Origin: Massalongia carnosa
Lineage: Eukaryota
DNA: 64,000 bases
Direction of reading: 5' to 3'
Assembly: GCA_965645245.1 (NCBI GenBank)
Contig: OZ287070.1
Coordinates: 3,038,001 to 3,102,000, forward strand
Made by a program: the position numbers and the translations under genes. The notes under the pieces were generated by a model. It saw only the letters and a program-made list of their open reading frames with translations, did not search any database and was not told where the DNA came from. Below, in pieces: positions 57,335 to 64,000 of this stretch (positions within the stretch are counted from its first letter, which is position 1; every line of letters starts with the position of its first letter).

Positions 57335-57897
57335 TGTCATGAAATGCCTCCGACCTCACCACGTGCCTCTATCACGTGCCTTGATCTGATGACTACTCAC
57401 GGACGTCGTGCCATGCCCTCGGGACCTTCATATCATTCTTCGAATTCGCCGATTACTGATCATTAATCAGCCTCGCATTGATGATTTATTCCCGTCTTTC
57501 GACTATTATCATGTCTAATAGCTTCGCATTGATGTTTGACATCTCCCGTCTCCTCGCTGACCCCATCGTGCTTATTGCCGCTATAATGCCCCTCATTCAT
57601 CATCGCACTGACTAGACATCATTCGCCGCCACCCTAGAAAGATGAATATGGGAGGACAAAGATATAAGAAAGAAGTCGAATCATGGAAGTTCTGATTCTT
57701 TGTCGAACGTCTTGAATAGCCAACCTAGCCTAGCCTAGATTCATAGCTATAGACTCAATCAATAAGCTTGACCATCAACCCACCTTGCCTTTGCCCTTGC
57801 CCTCGACCTGATTTCGTGACATTACGTTCGACCAACATTCAAAAGTGCCTTCCATAGCATTTTCCCTCATCTCCCTTTATCTCATTCCCCCTCAATC

Positions 57898-59037
57898 ATG
57901 TCTTCAGCAGAAGAGAACCTCTCCGAGCTGGATAAGCGTATTCGATTCATTCAGGAACGTCTTCAGGCAGACCCTCAGCAATTCCTGAGTCAAATGGACA
58001 ACCTAGAAGCCGAAGTAAACCAACTTCGCAACAATGCCAATACCCCTTCTATTTCTGAGCCCATACCTATCTCAAATCCACCCCCCCCTACCTTGGATCC
58101 GCAAATCATGGCCATGATGCAGCTGCTCCTGGCGTCAAAAAACTCCCTCATCCGCTCCGAAAAGCTCCCGGACATCACGGAGTATGAGGGCGAAGAAGTC
58201 AAGCTGGATGCGTGGGAGCAGTCCCTGATTCAAAGAATGCATGTCAACAATGATCGATACCCGTTCGATCAAGCCAAAATTGCCTATGCCGAAAGCCGAC
58301 TCACCATAGGCAAAAAGGCTCATAACCTAATGAATGCGTACAGGGTCGATGGCCTTTGCATACTCACCTCATTTGCTGAATGGCGATCAGCCCTCCGCCG
58401 CGCATGCGGAAATCCCTACGAGCAGGAGGATGCTCGCAAATACCTTCGCGATATCCTCAAACAGGGAAGTAGTAGCTTCGAGGAGTACTACAACCTTTTT
58501 GCGCAGAAAAAAGACCGGTCCAAGATGGAAGATGCCAGCCTGATCGATGCCATGAAGGCAAATGTGAATTATTCAACCCAGACCGCAGCCCTAATGTATA
58601 GGGTCCCCGGAACCCAAAGGCAACCAACCACCTTCGACGAGCACGTCACCATGTGGTTGGAGACAGATCGTGGCCTTCGGCAGATCCGCCACATTGCCCC
58701 AAAGGCGAACACCACTATCACCCCGACACCGAAAAAGCCAAACCCGTTATCAGCACTTCCCCCGACAGTCGCTCCCGCTGCCAAAGCACCTATCGCTTCT
58801 CCCGCCTCCCCTGCGCTGCTCATTGGCGACCCCATGGACCTAAGCTCTGCCATGGCAGCGGTGAAAGGCCAATCGCTCAAAACCGAGGGGGTCCGCAAAA
58901 TCTGCGAAGACTGGAAGTTGTGTTTCTACTGCAAATTGCAGCATCCAGGGAAGTCAGCAACTGACTGTCCCAACAAGCGAACCAACCTTCGGAGCATGGA
59001 GCTCGAAGCCCCTGATATTGATCAGGGAAAAGCCTAG
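57898..59037 (+). CDS. Gypsy G gag
   Basis: 379 aa with LKQGSSSFEEYY and a CFYC-x3-H-x7-C knuckle. Confidence 0.92.
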   Translation: MSSAEENLSELDKRIRFIQERLQADPQQFLSQMDNLEAEVNQLRNNANTPSISEPIPISNPPPPTLDPQIMAMMQLLLASKNSLIRSEKLPDITEYEGEEVKLDAWEQSLIQRMHVNNDRYPFDQAKIAYAESRLTIGKKAHNLMNAYRVDGLCILTSFAEWRSALRRACGNPYEQEDARKYLRDILKQGSSSFEEYYNLFAQKKDRSKMEDASLIDAMKANVNYSTQTAALMYRVPGTQRQPTTFDEHVTMWLETDRGLRQIRHIAPKANTTITPTPKKPNPLSALPPTVAPAAKAPIASPASPALLIGDPMDLSSAMAAVKGQSLKTEGVRKICEDWKLCFYCKLQHPGKSATDCPNKRTNLRSMELEAPDIDQGKA

Positions 59038-62000
59038 TCTCTGCACATCGTCGCGTGCAGGGACTCCCCCCCCTTCTCATTTCCTCATGTTTGATGGCCA
59101 GTTTTTCCCCCTCTTTGAGATCCAATACGCGATTTTCCGCAGCCTCCGCTTTGGAGCTGTTTGAATCAGATAAGACGTTCAGAGACAGTCACATGGTGAT
59201 GACAGGTATCTTGCGATTATCTAGATCTAGGATTAGAACGTATAATCTAATTGATTGTGGTGCATCTGGCTTTTCATTCATCGATGAGAAATTTGCGCAT
59301 ACTAACCAAATTCCCCTTCATCTTCTCAAATATCTCCGCCGGCTCGAAGGATTCGACGGCCAAAGGGCTCTATCCGGCAATATCACTCATGTGGCCGAAA
59401 TCACCATGGATCTAGAGGGTCATGTAGAAAAACTCTTTCTATATGTCACCGGGTTAAAAAATTATCCCATTATCCTGGGCCATCCATGGCTCCGCCGGCA
59501 TAACGCCATAGCCGATTTTGGGCATAATACGCTCACCTTTGCCTCCCCCTACTGCCTCACTCACTGTTGCCCCCACCCCGTCAAGCTTCAAGCCGTTGAG
59601 GAAGAATTCCTCACCCCAGCCGAGAGTCGAAAAATCTGGGATGAAGAGATCCTCGAAGACGCCCTAGGAAAAGTTATCAATCAAGACACGTCTATCAGAA
59701 CGTCGATAACTTCTCTAGAAGAGGGGGAAGAAATTCCCACAATCAAAAATTCCATTCCTGACAATCCCGTCAAAATCGAGGAATCCATCCCTTTGTTCAA
59801 AACCGCGCCGCGCGATTTCACCTTAATCAAACCCGAAATCAATGAACCCGAACCCCAGCCTCAAAACCCCACCGATGAACCCAGTCGCATTGAAAATGCA
59901 ATCCAGCAAGGGCTTCCCCCCCCGAAAATCCGATACCGAAGCCCGTCCAAATTGCGGACATCCACCAAAGACGTGCTCATCAAGCAGCACGCAAAACCAC
60001 CCCGCAGATGAATGTCTGCGAAATCGGAGCTATCTCCTTCAATCGACTGACTCGGAAGAAAAACCACGATAGTTTCGCCCTGTCCATGAAAGAAATTGAC
60101 CTCTTTCTAGGAAAAACCAACCCCGAACCTCTAGTAATGAAAGCCTCACCTAGTTCAGCCCCCGATTTGATCGAAAAAGCCAAAAAACCCAGCCCAGCCT
60201 ACCAACCATTGCCATCTCGAGCAAGCCCGCACGAGAAAGAAATCCACCTAGCCTTATTTAAGATGAATAAGGCCCTAACCCTAGCCACCGCCGTGACTCG
60301 TGAAGAGTTAGACGCTTACCGAGAAAGTAAGAACGTCGACCCAGCCCCCCTTCTGCCCAAGCAATACCACGAATTCCTAGATGTCTTCTCGAAGAAGAAA
60401 TCCGAAGACTTGCCCCCCCGCCGTCCCTACGATCATGCCATAAACCTGAAAGAAGGTACGCAGGCCCCTAGTCAGGCCCTGTATGGTATGAGTCGTACCG
60501 AAATCGAGGAGCTCCGCCGCTACCTCGACGAAAATCTAGCCAAGGGATTTATTCGGGCTAGTCGCTCCCACGCCGCCTCCCCGGTGATGTTCGTGAAAAA
60601 GCCAGGTGGGGGACTTCGATTTTGCGTGGATTATCGTGCTCTGAATGCCATCACGATTAAGGATCGCTATCCGCTGCCCTTGATCGCCGAGACCCTGCAC
60701 CAATTAATCAAAGCCAAGATATTCACCAAGATAGACATCATCGCCGCCTTCAATATGCTCCGCATACGAGAAGGAGACGAAGAACTCACCGCTTTTCGCA
60801 CTCGTTTCGGCCTTTTCGAGTCCTTGGTCCTACCCTTCGGCCTATGCAACGGGCCCGCCTCATTTCAGCACTTCATCAACGATACGCTTCACGAGTATCT
60901 TGCTGACTTTTGCACTGCGTACCTAGATGTTATCCTCATCTACAGTGACAATGAGCTGGAGCACGAGGTCCACGTCAAAAAAATCCTGTCTCGACTCCGA
61001 GATGCAGGCCTGCAAGCCGACATCACCAAGTGCAAGTTCCATGTCACCGAAATTGCATACCTAGGGATGATCGTGACCACCGAAGGGATAAAAATGGACC
61101 CGGCCAAGGTGGAAACCGTCGTCAATTGGCCAAACCTCGTCAATGTGAAAGATGTGCAAAGCTTTCTGGGTTTTGCTAACTTTTATAGACGATTCGTGTA
61201 TGGGTTTAGCGACATAGCTGGCCCCCTAACCAACCTGACCAAGAAGGAGACGGAATTCCTGTGGACTGACAAATGCCAATTGGCATTCGAAATGCTGAAA
61301 AAAGCTTTCACCTCCGATGTCATTCTCAGGCATTTCGACCCCGATCGTCCCATCATCGTCGAAACCGATGCCTCCGACTATGTTTCGGGGGGCATTCTTT
61401 CTCAATACGACGATGATGGGATACTTCACCCCGTCGCCTACTTCTCAAAGAAGCACAATCCCGCCGAGTGCAACTACGAGATCTATGACAAAGAACTGAT
61501 GGCAATCGTTCGATGTTTTGAAGAATGGCGACCCGAACTAGAAGGATCTGCCTTCCCCATCAGCGTCATATCCGACCACAAAAACCTGGAGTATTTTGCC
61601 TCCACCAAGCAGCTCAGCCGTCGCCAAGCTAGATGGAGCGAATTTCTCTCTCGATTTGACTTCAAGATAGTCTATCGACCAGGAAAAGCCGGAGGAAAAC
61701 CGGACGCTCTAACTCGTCGATCGGGAGATCTTCCTAAAGAAGGGGATGATACGGACGAGCGAAGGAAATTTCAACACCAAACCATTTTGAAAACCGAAAA
61801 CCTGGATGAGGAAGTCGCAAAAAGTTATTTGCGATCCATTCTTCTGGCACCAGCTTTCCTAGATGATGCAGATATCGAAGAAGCAGAACCTCAGCTAGAT
61901 GAGGACCTCATCGATCCCGATGAGGATATCTCCACGGAGCTCCTCTGGGAACAAGCCCTGACACGAGACCAATTCGCCCCCGAAGTCCTGGAAGCCCTTC

Positions 62001-62900
62001 GTAATAACGAGAGGCATCACAATCGAATCCAATTAGCCGAATGCGAAGATAGGGACGGTATCTTGTATTTTCGAAACAAGAAATACGTACCTCGATCCGA
62101 TCGTCTGAGGCTTCGTATCATTCAACTCGCTCACGATAGCGTCGCCGGCGGACATCCGGGCCGTTCCAAATGCCATGAGTTGGTAAATCGATCCTACTGG
62201 TGGCCCAGCATGCATCAGTCCATCAAGCGATTTATCCGAAACTGCCACACTTGCAGAAGATCAAAACCATCCCGCCAGCGCTATCAGGGCTGGCTACGCC
62301 CACTCCCCCCCCCCCGAGCGCAGATGGCGGGATATTTCCATGGATTATGTAGGCCCCCTGACCCCCAGCACCTTCATGGGAATCACTTATCGCTACATCT
62401 TGGTGGTTATAGATCGCCTGTCCAAGATGCGACATTTCATTCCTATCACGTCCATGGAAGTTGAAGACGCCGCCGATGCGTTCTATCAGAATGTCTGGAA
62501 ACTACATGGGCTTCCCGAAGCCATGGTTTCTGATCGTGGCCCCCAATTCGTCTCCGATTTCTGGCAGCTCATGTGCAAGAGGCTGAAAATCGACGCCAAG
62601 CTATCCACCGGATACCACCCGGAGACCGACGGGCAGACCGAGCGAGCCAACGCCACCATGGAGCACTACCTAAGGGCTTATGTCAACTACATGCAGGATG
62701 ACTGGGCACAATGGCTTCCTGGCGCCGAATTCGCCAGCAATAACACCGATTCATCTAGTATCCTGGCCTCCCCCTTCCTAGCCAACTTCGGGCAACATCC
62801 CCGCATGGGATTTGAACCGGAGGAACCCCTGCCGCAAGACCTAACCGCTCAGGGCAGAGCAAACCTAGTTGCAGCCAATCAGTTCGTGAATAAGATGCAG
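59031..62900 (+). pseudogene. Gypsy G pol: two frameshifts, RT motif YLDV, truncated within integrase
   Basis: LIDCGAS, LPFGL, ETDASD, HHCC and DDE. Homology to A stops after NKMQ. Confidence 0.92.
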
Positions 62901-64000
62901 CTAGTTCGTGTCAATCTCGTTATATTGCTACTAAGTATGTTTGGGCTATTGCTCACAGCCCCCGGCCTCGAGAGGGGGACTCGATAAGGGCCTTGCTGTC
63001 TACTAATGTAAGACCCTCTCGCAGGCCTTGGGCTGTGAACAGACTCCCAATCCCCAACATGGAACGACCCGCTTGCGGTGTTGTTCAGGACCTAGTGACT
63101 GGATTGTGAGGTTCCGTGGGTAATGTTTGAAGGCGTTTTGAGGCGTTAAGAAGGTAAGTGGGGTGGGTTTGTATGTAAAGCTTGTATGCGTCTGACTTCC
63201 ATCTTCCTAGCATCTGAATCTCGTCTTCGGTGAGTCCTGCCCGTCGCGCTGTTGTTGCCGCACCTCTTCTGAACGAGTGGCCAGAGAAATTTCCTATATA
63301 GCCCAAGTTCCTTAAGGTGGATTTCATCGCTGTTGTAATGTAGTCTCGAGTGAAGGACTGACCGTTTTTAAAGAGTGGTGCGGCCGGAGAACTTGGGAAT
63401 CGCCTATATAAATTTGTAAGAGAAGCTAGTGCACAAGCAACATCGTTGGTAGCCGCAATTGTCAGTGTTATGCCTCGGCGAAAGGGATCGGTTTTGGAGA
63501 CTGGTAGAGAGAGCTGTAGGTGATCTGCTTCGAACCTAATAGATTTTCTGGTGAGGTGCCATTGATCAAAGCTTGGGTCTAGTACATCTTGCGTTGTGTA
63601 AGTAAATTCTCCGGCTCGTAAGAAGCCTGCAAACGCTAAGCAGTACGCCGCATGTAAATTTGCGCCTTTCTCTTTCGTTTGATCAAGACGACTTAGCAAT
63701 TTGATTAAGATCTCTCTAGTAATTGGTAACCTTTCACGTTTCTCGGCTTCACCGTTCTTTCGCTTTATGCCAGTAAGGATGCGATCTAACACCGGGTGAT
63801 GAAATACGTCGAGATTACCGAGGCCCATATCTATCTGGCATGATCTTATGCCCGTCAAGTAGCTCTTAATAGTTTTTGGTTGCAGGCGTCGTTCACCCAA
63901 CGCTGCGATCCACGAAGACAGCGTCCGGATGTTGGCTGGAAATGGTGGCGCGTTGAGGTTTACCCTACAGTAAAGAACGTATCCCTTTCTTGCCGTTGTG
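62901..64000 (-). mobile_element. Tyrosine-recombinase element (probably a DIRS/Ngaro retrotransposon), 3' end
   Basis: YR ORF followed by a ~180-bp terminal region abutting the G integrase. No RT is visible in this window. Confidence 0.75.
63085..64000 (-). CDS. Tyrosine recombinase, open to the window edge
   Basis: Catalytic set is complete: FLRAGE (R), SKTD (K), HSFR (HxxR), GRW and AYKLYI (Y). Confidence 0.93.
   Translation of the reverse strand, partial: TTARKGYVLYCRVNLNAPPFPANIRTLSSWIAALGERRLQPKTIKSYLTGIRSCQIDMGLGNLDVFHHPVLDRILTGIKRKNGEAEKRERLPITREILIKLLSRLDQTKEKGANLHAAYCLAFAGFLRAGEFTYTTQDVLDPSFDQWHLTRKSIRFEADHLQLSLPVSKTDPFRRGITLTIAATNDVACALASLTNLYRRFPSSPAAPLFKNGQSFTRDYITTAMKSTLRNLGYIGNFSGHSFRRGAATTARRAGLTEDEIQMLGRWKSDAYKLYIQTHPTYLLNASKRLQTLPTEPHNPVTRS

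Larger units (their letters stand above)
57335..62900 (+). mobile_element. Gypsy G (sister family of A): 5' LTR 57335-57821, gag and pol, interrupted at ~62900
   Basis: TGTCA...TGACA LTR, leader similar to A, and gag/pol ORFs. Confidence 0.94.

Noticed and set aside
57380..57420. CTGATGA as a possible hammerhead ribozyme core (also 29911 and ~6200 minus)
   Set aside because: I could not see a correctly placed GAAA or supporting stems.
63085..64000. Phage integrase or bacterial contamination
   Set aside because: The SKTD and GRW-S motifs and the setting fit eukaryotic YR elements. There are no prokaryotic neighbours.
1..64000. The many 60-170 aa antisense and alternate-frame ORFs, and possible host or tRNA genes
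   Set aside because: The ORFs are shadows of TE coding regions. tRNA-like matches are only 10-14-nt PBS sites. No host gene is supported.

Overview
This window is eukaryotic, almost certainly from a filamentous ascomycete. Dense young TEs with little sign of RIP suggest a powdery mildew, but that is inference. It is essentially all transposable element and contains no recognisable host gene. Target-site duplications (TSDs) let the history be rebuilt. A minus-strand chromoviral Ty3/Gypsy (A, 6415-43025) has grown to 36.6 kb through nested insertions: Gypsy B, Copia C, two solo LTRs and the chain Copia D > Copia E > Gypsy F. To the right, an ancient AT-rich Copia relic hosts solo LTRs, Copia H and a small non-coding TRIM-like element. 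These are followed by two pogo/Fot1 relics, two 1,030-bp solo LTRs in inverted orientation, Gypsy G and a tyrosine-recombinase (DIRS/Ngaro-type) element running off the window. Notable cis-signals are Tf1-type self-priming complementarity with compensatory changes between families, half-tRNA-iMet primer sites in the Copia elements and conserved GGGAAAA-plus-hairpin -1 frameshift sites. Gypsy B has an unusual architecture (C2H2 finger, chromodomain plus AT-hook). Element letters are my own labels. All alignments and counts were done by eye.
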